Source: Chloroflexota bacterium
GTDB lineage: Bacteria; Chloroflexota; Dehalococcoidia; E44-bin15
Assembly: GCA_030626475.1 (NCBI GenBank)
Contig: DAOUOW010000004.1
Coordinates: forward strand, 1-49,968
DNA: 49,968 bases
Direction: 5' to 3'
Positions 19,175 to 27,995 of the stretch are shown here, piece after piece. Numbering within the stretch: the stretch's first letter is position 1; every line of letters begins with the position of its first letter. Under the pieces are notes generated by a model that saw only the letters and a list, made by a program, of their open reading frames with translations, was not told the DNA's origin and ran no database searches. Made by a program: the position numbers and the translations under genes.

Positions 19175-19564
19175 CTAATCCCGGCCCAGCCATTTCCGCC
19201 ACCAGGGCAAATCCCCGGCCACCATATAGATACCCAACACAATTATTATGCCACCCAAGATTTGGCGCAGCACCGAAGCACAAATCCAGTCCGCCACCGT
19301 GCCCCCAAGAAAGCTGAATAGAATCGCCGCCGGGGCGATCCACAGCGCCACCCTGAGCCTGACATTCCCCTGACGATAATGGGTGATGGCACCCACTAGT
19401 ACCGTCACCGCAATCACAGCCAGAGAGACCCCCTGCGCTGTGTGCTGCTCCACGTCCATCAACAGGACCATGCCCGGGATCAGTATCACACCGCCACCAA
19501 TGCCCAGCACCCCGGCGAGTATTCCCGCCACTAAACCGACCCCAATTCCGATAGCTATATCCAA
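19175..19564 (-). CDS. Half-size TauE/SafE sulfite-exporter family protein
   Basis: GVLGIGGGVILIP, QHTAQGVSL; TTG start after GGAG. Confidence 0.85.
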   Translation of the reverse strand: MDIAIGIGVGLVAGILAGVLGIGGGVILIPGMVLLMDVEQHTAQGVSLAVIAVTVLVGAITHYRQGNVRLRVALWIAPAAILFSFLGGTVADWICASVLRQILGGIIIVLGIYMVAGDLPWWRKWLGRD

Positions 19565-19582
19565 AACTCTCTCCAGCTATAA

Positions 19583-19945
19583 CTAGACACCAATGACCAT
19601 GAGAATGCCAAGGACCACTATCAAGGTGCTGAAGAGCCAGCGTAAGTGCCTGGCGCGCATCCTCATCATCAGCTTGGCCCCCAAAACCACCCCCACCAAG
19701 CTGCCGGTAGCCAGCACCACAACGAACACCCAGTCGATATTGCCCTGGATAGCATAGGCGATAAGGCCAGCAACACCGATAGGAAAGATCACGGCAAGAG
19801 AGGTGCCATGGGCCTGATGCTGCTCCAGAAGTAAAACCCCTGCCAGCAACGGCACCAGCAGCATCCCACCGCCAATGCCGGTGAGTCCAGCGATCATCCC
19901 CGCAACAGCTCCGATCACCACTGATATGATTATGTTTCTTCTCAA
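19583..19945 (-). CDS. Half-size TauE/SafE sulfite-exporter family protein
   Basis: GLTGIGGGMLLVP, QHQAHGTSL. Confidence 0.85.
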   Translation of the reverse strand: MRRNIIISVVIGAVAGMIAGLTGIGGGMLLVPLLAGVLLLEQHQAHGTSLAVIFPIGVAGLIAYAIQGNIDWVFVVVLATGSLVGVVLGAKLMMRMRARHLRWLFSTLIVVLGILMVIGV

Positions 19946-19972
19946 GCACTGACCTCACCCTGCTTTCCGAGG

Positions 19973-20067
19973 ATGATAGCACACCTACGTAGTCAAGTCA
20001 ATTGAGCTTTATTCATAATTCATAGCTTAGGAAAGGATTGACATTTTGCCGAGATTATGTGTAGTAT
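19973..20067. promoter_or_regulatory. Divergent promoters (TauE pair on minus; Ntn-hydrolase gene on plus)
   Basis: Minus strand: TTGACT (20001-19996)-17-TATCAT. Plus strand: TTGACA (20038)-18-TAGTAT. Confidence 0.55.
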
Positions 20068-20092
20068 TGTTAAGCCACTAATTGGGGGCACC

Positions 20093-20881
20093 ATGACTGT
20101 TGGCATTGCTGTCCTTTGCAACAACGCTAAGGAAGTGGCTGTAGCGTGCGACCGCATGATAACAGCTACTTACCCACCTATTGAGTTCGAACATGGGATA
20201 CCCAAGCTTGATAAGATTGGTGAAACATGTGTCGTTCTCACAGCAGGAGATGCCTTAGCACATGCAGAGATATGCAGAGAGGTACAAGCGAGAATTAGTG
20301 TCCTAACTCGTCCAAGAGTAGCGGGGATAACAGAGGAAATTAGAGCAACCTATGTTTTACAGAGACAAAAAACAATTATTCAACGTTTCCTTGAGCCTAG
20401 AGGCTGGACTCTCCAGCAATTCTATGAAGAACACGCTCGCAGATTACACCCGGATTTGTTTTTGAAAATAGATAATGATATAGCAACTTATGATTACGGG
20501 TTGTCACTTATAGTTGCTGGCGTCGATCCAGACGAAGCTCACATATATGGCATTAGGCACCCAGGGGAAGTAGATTGCTATGATTCCCTTGGGTATCATT
20601 CTATTGGCATAGGACTTATGCATGCTGTGTCGAGCCTAGTTGCAAACGGGTGTGAACCTACTGTTAGTAGCAAGATGGCTGCTTACTTAGTATATGAGGC
20701 GAAGAGAAACGCAGAGAATGCACCCGGCGTAGGACAATACACCGATATGGCTATAATACGTGAGGGCGAAATCCATATTATAACTAATGAGGAGATTTCT
20801 CTTCTTCAGCAAATATACGATACAAGACGTATCCCTCTGACAGAAGAGTTTAAAAAAACCATTGATAGCCTACCATTCTAA
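20093..20881 (+). CDS. Proteasome beta-subunit-like N-terminal-nucleophile (Thr1) hydrolase
   Basis: M-TVGIAV, VACDRMIT, PKLDKI, LTAGD, LIVAGVD...HIY, YHSIGIG, EAKRNAE.APGVG; ATG 20093 after GGGGG. Confidence 0.75.
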   Translation: MTVGIAVLCNNAKEVAVACDRMITATYPPIEFEHGIPKLDKIGETCVVLTAGDALAHAEICREVQARISVLTRPRVAGITEEIRATYVLQRQKTIIQRFLEPRGWTLQQFYEEHARRLHPDLFLKIDNDIATYDYGLSLIVAGVDPDEAHIYGIRHPGEVDCYDSLGYHSIGIGLMHAVSSLVANGCEPTVSSKMAAYLVYEAKRNAENAPGVGQYTDMAIIREGEIHIITNEEISLLQQIYDTRRIPLTEEFKKTIDSLPF

Positions 20882-20892
20882 ATAGGAGATTA

Positions 20893-21075
20893 ATGATGGT
20901 TATGATTGATATTAATGATGACGATAATGAAGGTAAGGCTGAGACTGAGTATGATTACGAGCAGCATCACTCTATCGGATTAGCTGAAGCAAGGATAAAG
21001 CAAGCACTGCTCAGATACGAAGTGGCAGTAAGGAAGAGTTCTCCACCTACCCCGGAAGAAAAGGTGCGCTTGTAA
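20893..21075 (+). CDS. Small protein (60 aa) with an acidic N-terminus
   Basis: AGGAG RBS; starts 11 nt after the Ntn gene. Confidence 0.55.
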   Translation: MMVMIDINDDDNEGKAETEYDYEQHHSIGLAEARIKQALLRYEVAVRKSSPPTPEEKVRL

Positions 21076-21097
21076 TACTACATTGACAGAAACTTGA

Positions 21098-21313
21098 TTA
21101 AACCACTTTTCTCACAAGTCCCCCATTGCCGGTAGATAATACCTGCGCTTGATATACTATGATTGACATCAAGCAGTGAACAGTCACCTTGCGGATACCA
21201 CGTACCCGAATGCTGTTTAGCTTCCGATGTCCCTTTAGCCTCCCGAACAACCGCTCTGCACTGGTACGGCGATTATAGATAAGCTGCCAATCAGCAGTTT
21301 CGAGATAGTCGTC
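21098..21313 (-). mobile_element. 3' remnant of a DDE transposase (IS1182/IS5/IS4-like)
   Basis: Own translation: DDYLETADWQLIYNRRTSAERLFGRLKGHRKLNSIRVRGIRKVTVHCLMSIIV...*. Y-x-x-R-x-x-x-E-R-x-F-x-x-L-K (YREK) and RVRG..KV motifs; no start codon upstream before the in-frame stop at 21356-21358. Confidence 0.8.
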
Positions 21314-21330
21314 AATTGAAGCGCTTCCTA

Positions 21331-21359
21331 TTGCAATTCCTGCCCTTATGTAGTATTAT
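21331..21359 (+). promoter_or_regulatory. Promoter of the TPP riboswitch-thiC operon
   Basis: TTGCAA-17-TATTAT about 6 nt before the riboswitch. Confidence 0.6.
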
Positions 21360-21364
21360 TTAAT

Positions 21365-21452
21365 CACCGCGGGGGTGCTCACGGGCTGAGAGTCCGAAAA
21401 GCGGACAACCCCTGGAACCTGACCTCGGTAATGCGAGCGTAGGGAAGCGGAG
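21365..21452 (+). ncRNA. TPP riboswitch
   Basis: GGGGTGC...GCTGAGA...ACCC..GAACCTGA...GTAATGC.AGCGTAGGGAA; P1 CCGC/GCGG; upstream of thiC. Confidence 0.95.
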
Positions 21453-21457
21453 TTTGA

Positions 21458-21503
21458 GGCCAAGAGCCCGACCCGAAACCTAGGCTCTTGGGCTTTTGTT
21501 TTT
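21458..21503 (+). terminator. Intrinsic terminator (riboswitch expression platform)
   Basis: CCAAGAGCC...GGCTCTTGG stem followed by TTTTGTTTTT. Confidence 0.85.
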
Positions 21504-21588
21504 GAACGGCACTGAAAAGGGAAACAATCCGAAAGCGGCTAGGAATTTTACTGGAGCTGGCAAATAGTTCGAAAAGAAGGGGGCAGAG

Positions 21589-22884
21589 GTGACACAGCTA
21601 GAATTGGCCAGAGGCGGAATCGTATCCCCAGAGATGAAGCTTGTTGCCCAGGAGGAAGGGATAGACCCAGAGCTTATTCGGCATGGGGTGGCCGAGGGGA
21701 CCATTGTAATCCCAGCCAACACAAAGCACAAACTCGGCTGCTACTGTGGTATAGGTAAGGGACTGAGGACCAAGGTAAATGCCAATATCGGCACCTCCTC
21801 CGATTACAGCGACATCGACACCGAGCTGGAGAAGCTCAGGGTTGCCGTAGAATATAAGGCAGATACGGTGATGGACCTGAGCACCGGAGGCGACATCGGC
21901 GCTATTCGCCGCGCCATCCTCAGCCAGAGCCCTATCCCTCTGGGAACGGTGCCCATCTACCAGGCGGGCATCGAGGCTATCGAGAGGAAAGAGGCCATCG
22001 TAAAGATGACCGCCGACGAGCTCTTTTCGGTGATCGAAGAGCAGGCCGAGGAGGGAGTGGACTTTGTGACGGTACACTGCGGGGTCACCCAGTCAGCGAT
22101 CGCAAGGCTGAAACGCCAGGGAAGAGTGACCGATATCGTGTCCCGCGGCGGCGCCTTCCTCTTCGGCTGGATCATTTACAACGAGCAGGAAAATCCACTA
22201 TATGAGCAATACGACCGCCTGCTCGAGATAGCTCGAAGATTCGATGTCACCCTCAGCCTCGGCGACGGGCTGCGCCCGGGAAGCCTGGCCGATGCCACCG
22301 ATAGGGCTCAGGTGGAGGAGCTGCTCATCCTCGGGGAGCTGGTGGAGCGTGCCTGGGAGGCAGGGGTGCAGGTGATGGTGGAGGGCCCGGGGCACCTGCC
22401 CCTGGATCAGATCACCACCAATGTGCAGCTAGAGAAGAGCCTGTGCAAGGGAGCGCCCTTCTATGTGCTAGGGCCGCTGGTCACCGACATCGCTGCTGGC
22501 TATGACCATATCTGCGGCGCCATCGGCGGCGCCATTGCCGCAGCGGCGGGCGCTGATTTTCTGTGCTATGTAACCCCCTCCGAGCACCTGGGGCTTCCCG
22601 ACCCCGATGATGTCAAAGAGGGAGTCATCGCCTCCAGAATTGCGGCCCATGCCGCAGATATCGTCAAGGGGGTGAAGGGGGCCCAGGAATGGGACAGGAA
22701 GATGTCCCTGGCGCGCAAGAACCTGGATTGGGGGGAGCAGGTGAGGCTATGCCTTGACCCTTCAAGAGCGCAAAGGGTGCACGCCCAGCATACCACCACA
22801 GGGGTTGCCTGCAGCATGTGCGGCGATTTCTGTGCCCTGCAACTGGTATCAAGCTTCCTCGGCACCTCACCACAAAAGTGCTAA
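21589..22884 (+). CDS. thiC: Phosphomethylpyrimidine synthase ThiC
   Basis: [50 protein letters not shown]; TPP riboswitch upstream. Confidence 0.96.
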   Translation: MTQLELARGGIVSPEMKLVAQEEGIDPELIRHGVAEGTIVIPANTKHKLGCYCGIGKGLRTKVNANIGTSSDYSDIDTELEKLRVAVEYKADTVMDLSTGGDIGAIRRAILSQSPIPLGTVPIYQAGIEAIERKEAIVKMTADELFSVIEEQAEEGVDFVTVHCGVTQSAIARLKRQGRVTDIVSRGGAFLFGWIIYNEQENPLYEQYDRLLEIARRFDVTLSLGDGLRPGSLADATDRAQVEELLILGELVERAWEAGVQVMVEGPGHLPLDQITTNVQLEKSLCKGAPFYVLGPLVTDIAAGYDHICGAIGGAIAAAAGADFLCYVTPSEHLGLPDPDDVKEGVIASRIAAHAADIVKGVKGAQEWDRKMSLARKNLDWGEQVRLCLDPSRAQRVHAQHTTTGVACSMCGDFCALQLVSSFLGTSPQKC

Positions 22885-22907
22885 TTCGTTTAAAAAGGAG
22901 AAGCCGA

Positions 22908-23702
22908 ATGACCATCTTCCATCCCACTTCAGAAAAGGATGTCACCAGGGCTATCGTATCGAGCTTTCTGCGCCAGTTCGAAGATTATGTTGACAGCGAT
23001 GTAATCATCGTGGGCGGAGGGCCCAGCGGGCTCATGGCGGGAAGGGAGCTGGCCGATAGCGGGCTCAAGGTCCTCATCGTGGAGCGCAACAATTATCTGG
23101 GGGGCGGATTTTGGATCGGGGGCTATTTCATGAACAAGCTCACCCTGAGATTCCCGGCACAGCAGCTCCTGGATGAGCTCGGGGTCCCATATGAAAAGGC
23201 AAATGAGGGGCTATATGTTGCCGACGCTCCCCATGCCTGCTCCAAGCTAATCGCTGCCACCTGCGATGCAGGGGCAAAATTTGCCAGCCTCACCATGCTC
23301 GAAGATGTGATACTGCGGGAGGGGAACCGGGTGGCGGGAGTGGTGGTTAACTGGAGCCCCATCATTCACCTCCCCAGAGAAATCGCCGCCCTAGATCCCG
23401 TGCCCCTGGAATCGAAGGTGGTGATCGACGCCACCGGGCATGACGCCAGCGTAGTAAAAAAGCTGGAGCAGCGGGATTTGATCACGACAAAGGGCGAGGG
23501 GGGGCTCTGGATCGAGAAGTCCGAGGATGCAGTGGTAGAGCATACCGGTGAGGTTCACCCCGGGCTGGTGGTCGCCGGCATGGCTGTAGCCACCGTTTAC
23601 GGCCTCCCTCGCATGGGCCCCACCTTCGGCGCCATGCTCCTCTCAGGGAAGAGGGCGGCACAGGTCGCCGGTCAAATAATCCAAAAACCGGCGAGAACAT
23701 AA
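22908..23702 (+). CDS. thi4: Thi4-family thiazole synthase
   Basis: [36 protein letters not shown]; ATG 22908 after AAGGAG. Confidence 0.93.
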   Translation: MTIFHPTSEKDVTRAIVSSFLRQFEDYVDSDVIIVGGGPSGLMAGRELADSGLKVLIVERNNYLGGGFWIGGYFMNKLTLRFPAQQLLDELGVPYEKANEGLYVADAPHACSKLIAATCDAGAKFASLTMLEDVILREGNRVAGVVVNWSPIIHLPREIAALDPVPLESKVVIDATGHDASVVKKLEQRDLITTKGEGGLWIEKSEDAVVEHTGEVHPGLVVAGMAVATVYGLPRMGPTFGAMLLSGKRAAQVAGQIIQKPART

Positions 23703-23712
23703 TGGGTGAGAA

Positions 23713-24723
23713 ATGAACAGGCGAGGGGTCAACGCTTTTGTCCTGCTGTTTCTCATAATCGCGATTGCTTTGACTGCGATAAGCTGCGGTTCAAGTTCAA
23801 TATCAGCACCATCCGTTGGTGAGGAGTTCGCTTTTTGCACCCACCCCGCCGACCAGGACCATCCCGCCATCTCAGGGGACATCCTGGTATGGCAGGACGA
23901 ACGCAGCGGCAACTATGACATCTACGGCTACAACATTTCCAAAGGAAAGGAGTTCCCTATCTGTACCGAAGAGAACGAACATGGGGATATTATTCCAGCC
24001 ACCTCAGAGGAGTTCGTGGTCTGGACTGATGCGCGTAACTACGGCATCCATGACTGGGAAGTCTTCGGCTACGACCTCGCCACCAAAACTGAGTTCCCTA
24101 TCTGCACTAATCCAACTTGGCAGTATGCGCCTGCCATTTCAGGGGATATCGTGGTATGGGGGGACTACCGCCGCCGTGACTATGACATCTATGGCTACAA
24201 CCTGGCCACCGATACCGAGTTCCCCATCTGCACCGAACCAGCTATCCAAAGGAATCCCACCATTTCCGAGGACATCGTGGTGTGGGTAGATAAGCGCAAC
24301 GGCAACGAGGACATCTATGGCTACAACCTGACCACCGATATCGAGTTCCCCATCTGCACCGACCCAGCCCACCAAGACGACCCCGTCATCTCAGGGGGCA
24401 TTGTAGTGTGGGAGGACTACCGCAACGGCAACGAGGACATCTATGCCTATGATCTAGCCACCGAAACCGAGTTCCCCATCTGCACCGACCCAGCCCGCCA
24501 GCGGAAGCCCGCCATCTCAGGAGACATCGTTGTCTGGTGGGACGACCGCAACGGCAATTATGACATCTATGGCTACAACCTTGCCGCCGATATCGAGTTC
24601 CCTATCTGCACCGACTCAGCAGCCCAGTGGCTGCCCGCCATTTCAGGGGATATCGTCGTCTGGCAGGACTACCGCAACAGAAACTGGGACATCTATGGCA
24701 CCAAGCTAGCGCTAGAGGAGTAG
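23713..24723 (+). CDS. Beta-propeller repeat lipoprotein (Methanosarcina-type repeats, about 7)
   Basis: Lipobox-like TAISC; ~42-aa repeats PAISGDIVVWxDxRNGNxDIYGYNLxTxxEFPICT. Confidence 0.8.
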   Translation: MNRRGVNAFVLLFLIIAIALTAISCGSSSISAPSVGEEFAFCTHPADQDHPAISGDILVWQDERSGNYDIYGYNISKGKEFPICTEENEHGDIIPATSEEFVVWTDARNYGIHDWEVFGYDLATKTEFPICTNPTWQYAPAISGDIVVWGDYRRRDYDIYGYNLATDTEFPICTEPAIQRNPTISEDIVVWVDKRNGNEDIYGYNLTTDIEFPICTDPAHQDDPVISGGIVVWEDYRNGNEDIYAYDLATETEFPICTDPARQRKPAISGDIVVWWDDRNGNYDIYGYNLAADIEFPICTDSAAQWLPAISGDIVVWQDYRNRNWDIYGTKLALEE

Positions 24724-24724
24724 G

Positions 24725-25957
24725 ATGAGAGCCGAAATCATCTCCATCGGCACCGAGCTCCTGCTAGGGCAAATAACAGATACCAATGCCTCTTATATCG
24801 CCTCCCAATTGCCGTTACTGGGTATCGACCTCTACTGGGTGACCCAGGTGGGCGATAACCTTGAGCGGATGAAAGAATGCCTGGAGCGTGCCTGGGGGCG
24901 CTCTGATCTGGTCCTGACCACCGGCGGCCTAGGACCCACCGAGGATGACCTCACCCGAGAGGCCATCGCTGCCATGCTAGGCGAGGAGCTGAGGGTTGAC
25001 CCCGAGCTGGAGCGGCAGATTCGTGAGTTTTTCTCCCGCCGCGGTATCGAGATGCCGGAGCGCAATATCAAGCAGGCAACGCTCATCCCCTCAGCCGAGG
25101 CGATCCCAAACCCCCGAGGCACTGCCCCAGGCTGGTGGGTGGAGCGAGGGGGAGAGCTCATCATCGCCATGCCCGGTCCCCCTAGCGAGATGCAGCGCAT
25201 GTGGGAGAAGGAGGTCTCCCCCAGGCTGCGGCAGAGGCTGGGGCATGAAATCATCCTCTCGCGGACGCTAAAGACCTTCGGCCACTCCGAAGCGGCGGTA
25301 GATGAGATAGTGAGCCCACTGCTCTCAGCCACCAATCCCACCCTTGCTGTCTATGCCAAGCCGGATGGCATCCACCTTCGCATCACCGCCAAGGCAAAGC
25401 AGCGGGAGGAGGCAGAGGAGATGATCGCTCACAGGGAAGTGGAGGTCCGCTCCCTCTTTGGGGAAAGCATCTGGGGCTGCGATGAGGAAACGCTGGAGGC
25501 TGTGGTGGGCACTCTTCTCAGCGAGAAAGGGCTCAGCCTGGCCACCATGGAATCCTGCACCGGGGGGCTATTGGCTAATTTGATAACTGATGTCCCCGGC
25601 AGCTCGGCATACTTTAAAGGGGGGGTGGTTGCTTATACTGATGAGGCCAAGATTTCCCACGGCGTTGACCCTAAACTCATCGCCCGCCACGGCTCCATAA
25701 GCCCCGAGGCGGCGGAGGCGATGGCTGAGGCAGCAAGAGCCGGGCTGGGGGCTGACATCGGGGTGGGGATCACCGGAGTGGCTGGTCCGGAAGAGGTGGA
25801 AGGAAAGCCCATCGGCAGTGCCCATATTGCCATAGTTGACGGCAAAAGCAAGAGGGTGATCCGTGGCAGCTACCCCCCACTACGCCCTGAGGTCAAGCGC
25901 CGCGCCGCCAATCACGCCCTCTTTGAACTCAGGCGCACCCTGCTCTCCAGCAAATAA
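24725..25957 (+). CDS. cinA: Competence/damage-inducible protein CinA (PncC domain)
   Basis: IGTELLLG..DTN, TGGLGPTEDDLT, ESCTGG, GITGVAGP. Confidence 0.95.
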   Translation: MRAEIISIGTELLLGQITDTNASYIASQLPLLGIDLYWVTQVGDNLERMKECLERAWGRSDLVLTTGGLGPTEDDLTREAIAAMLGEELRVDPELERQIREFFSRRGIEMPERNIKQATLIPSAEAIPNPRGTAPGWWVERGGELIIAMPGPPSEMQRMWEKEVSPRLRQRLGHEIILSRTLKTFGHSEAAVDEIVSPLLSATNPTLAVYAKPDGIHLRITAKAKQREEAEEMIAHREVEVRSLFGESIWGCDEETLEAVVGTLLSEKGLSLATMESCTGGLLANLITDVPGSSAYFKGGVVAYTDEAKISHGVDPKLIARHGSISPEAAEAMAEAARAGLGADIGVGITGVAGPEEVEGKPIGSAHIAIVDGKSKRVIRGSYPPLRPEVKRRAANHALFELRRTLLSSK

Positions 25958-26094
25958 TGCCTCCCGCTAAGGTTAATTCAAGCACACGCTAAAGTTTTTT
26001 GTTTTCCGCACTAATAGGCTTTAAAAAATTGCTGCGCTTTTATCCGATCACAGCGCCCATTTGACCACAGCCCAAAGTTCGAAAAGGAAAAGTA

Positions 26095-26151
26095 TTGCAT
26101 TGTGCGCCAAAGTGTGCTATCATGCGCCAAAATTAGGTGCGCCTTTGGCGC
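26095..26151 (+). promoter_or_regulatory. Promoter overlapped by TGCGCCAAA operator-like repeats
   Basis: TTGCAT-17-TATCAT; TGCGCCAAA at 26103 and 26123, TGCGCC at 26138, inverted TTTGGCGC at 26144. Confidence 0.65.
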
Positions 26152-26173
26152 TTGAGGGGGGGATTGGTTCTTT

Positions 26174-26368
26174 GTGGATGAAGGCGAATTATTGTCCGTG
26201 GAGGAGATGACCAAAATCCTGAAGGTGAGCAAGCCCACCATACAAAGGTGGTGCCGCGACAGGAAGCTCCCAGCGGCAAAGATCGGGAAAGCCTATCGCA
26301 TCCGAAAAGAGGACCTTGACCGGTGGTATGAGGGGAAGCTCCTTGAGAGAACAGGGGCTGAGCGGTAA
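26174..26368 (+). CDS. Excisionase-like HTH_17 DNA-binding protein
   Basis: LLSVEEMTKILKVSKPTIQRWCRDRKLPAAKIGKAYRIRKEDLDRW. Confidence 0.88.
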   Translation: MDEGELLSVEEMTKILKVSKPTIQRWCRDRKLPAAKIGKAYRIRKEDLDRWYEGKLLERTGAER

Positions 26369-26491
26369 GCTTCCTAGATAAAATCTAGGGCTTGAAAACA
26401 AATAAATTCCAGTTCTCTGTCAAATTTAATTGAAAGTTTGCCAGGGGAGTGGGTTTATTTGTGTCAACTGCAAAAGAAAGGGGGTTGATAG

Positions 26492-26875
26492 ATGCACCTC
26501 ATTATCGATGGTTTTGGGAGCAATCCAAAATTGCTAGAAAGCGAGGAGCTGCTTTACCAGCTCCTGGATGATTACCCGGCACAGATCGGGATGACCAAGG
26601 TGGCCCCTCCCCACGTTTTCAGGTACGTAGGCTCAAAGCCAGAGGATTGGGGGATATCGGGCTTCGTCCTTATCGCTGAGAGCCATATCAGCATCCACAC
26701 CTTCCCTGAAAGACGTTATGTCAACATCGATATCTTCTCGTGCAAGGACTTTGACTCCGAGCGAGCTATTAAGATATTCCAGCTTCAACTTCATCTAGGC
26801 AAGCTCAGGAGTCATATCATCAACCGCCCCGAATCAAGTCTGGGAGAAAAAGTTGATGCGCTTGTCAATCGATGA
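26492..26875 (+). CDS. speD: Pyruvoyl-dependent S-adenosylmethionine decarboxylase proenzyme (SpeD/SpeH family)
   Basis: MHLIIDG, GISGFVLIAESHISIHTFPE, IDIFSC. Confidence 0.88.
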   Translation: MHLIIDGFGSNPKLLESEELLYQLLDDYPAQIGMTKVAPPHVFRYVGSKPEDWGISGFVLIAESHISIHTFPERRYVNIDIFSCKDFDSERAIKIFQLQLHLGKLRSHIINRPESSLGEKVDALVNR

Positions 26876-27980
26876 TCCTGATCGCCTATATAAAAGTATT
26901 AAGCGCTTCGCGCAAGTGAAGGAAACCCCTTTTCTTATTATAGATAGACAGGCAATTCAACAAAGATTGGAGGAATTTCAAAAAGCGATCGGCTACGCCA
27001 AAGTCTTTTATGCCCTTAAAGCCAATCCCCATAAGCGCATTACAGCATTCTTGCAACAACGTGGTGTCGGTTTCGAGATCTCCTCAGAGCAGGAACTGCG
27101 TTCCTTGCTTCGCCACAGGGTCCCGCCACAGAGAATCATTTCCAGCAACCCGGTAAAAAGCAACACTTTCATTAAGGGGGCCTATTCTGCTGGCGTAAGG
27201 CTTTTCGCTTTTGACTCCTATAGCGAAATTGAAAAACTATCGGAGTTTGCCCCCAACAGCAAGGTCTACGCACGCATTTCTGTATCCAATGAGGGGAGCC
27301 AGTGGCCGTTGGCCAAGAAATTTGGTGTTGACATAGAGGATGCAGTGGACCTGCTGGCACGGGCGTCAGAAATGCATCTTGAACCATATGGCATCACCTT
27401 CCATGTTGGCTCGCAATGTACGGATCCTGTAACTTGGGTAAAAGCAATCGAAAAGAGCAGAATAGTTTGGGAATTGGCAAAAAACCGGGGTATAGAACTG
27501 CAAATGTTGAATATAGGTGGCGGCTTTCCCATCCGATATACAGAATCTGTGCCATCCATCTCCCGGCTTGCCCATGTGGTCAGGGACGCCATAGAGAATA
27601 GCTTCCCTAAAGGCGTGGAAATTTTTGTCGAGCCCGGAAGAGCCCTTGTAGGTGAGGCTGGCATATTGGTGACTACCGTAATAGGAAAAGCTGTGCGAAA
27701 CGGGCAAAGGTGGCTCTATTTAGATGCCGGTGTGTTCCATGGCTTGATGGAAAGCATAGGTGGCATTCGTTACCCCATAGGTACAGTGAAGAACGGCCCA
27801 GCAAGCGAATGGGTGTTGGCAGGGCCTTCCTGTGATAGCTTTGATGTAATCTCTGCTGATGTAGAGCTTTCAGAGCCAGAAATAGGAGACCAGGTCTATA
27901 TAATGTCGGCAGGCGCTTATACTACTAGTTACGCCTCTCGGTTTAACGGCTTTCCCATCCCAAGAACATATTTTGTATAG
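26856..27980 (+). CDS. Fold-type III PLP ornithine/lysine decarboxylase
   Basis: FYALKAN, KKFG, FHVGSQ, NIGGGFP, EPGR, AGPSCDSFD, GAYT. Confidence 0.9.
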   Translation: MRLSIDDPDRLYKSIKRFAQVKETPFLIIDRQAIQQRLEEFQKAIGYAKVFYALKANPHKRITAFLQQRGVGFEISSEQELRSLLRHRVPPQRIISSNPVKSNTFIKGAYSAGVRLFAFDSYSEIEKLSEFAPNSKVYARISVSNEGSQWPLAKKFGVDIEDAVDLLARASEMHLEPYGITFHVGSQCTDPVTWVKAIEKSRIVWELAKNRGIELQMLNIGGGFPIRYTESVPSISRLAHVVRDAIENSFPKGVEIFVEPGRALVGEAGILVTTVIGKAVRNGQRWLYLDAGVFHGLMESIGGIRYPIGTVKNGPASEWVLAGPSCDSFDVISADVELSEPEIGDQVYIMSAGAYTTSYASRFNGFPIPRTYFV

Positions 27981-27995
27981 GCGAGTACCTAGCAC

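Noticed and set aside
19565-19585. Amber readthrough or pyrrolysine fusing the TauE halves
   Set aside because: Two TAG codons plus a separate RBS; TAG is a normal stop in many genes here; no pyl genes seen.
19128-19982. 284-aa minus-strand ORF spanning both TauE genes
   Set aside because: Alternative frame with low-complexity Gly/Arg/Cys composition; the TauE frames carry the family motifs.
20893-21075. Pup/UBact-like modifier next to the proteasome-like gene
   Set aside because: The C-terminus is EKVRL, not GGE/GGQ, and no PafA/Dop or ATPase is nearby.
21589-22884. BzaA/B/F instead of ThiC
   Set aside because: The TPP riboswitch and adjacent thi4 point to thiamine synthesis.
26174-26368. 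Prophage or ICE implied by the excisionase-like gene
   Set aside because: No integrase, att/tRNA site or phage genes; stand-alone HTH_17 regulators are common.
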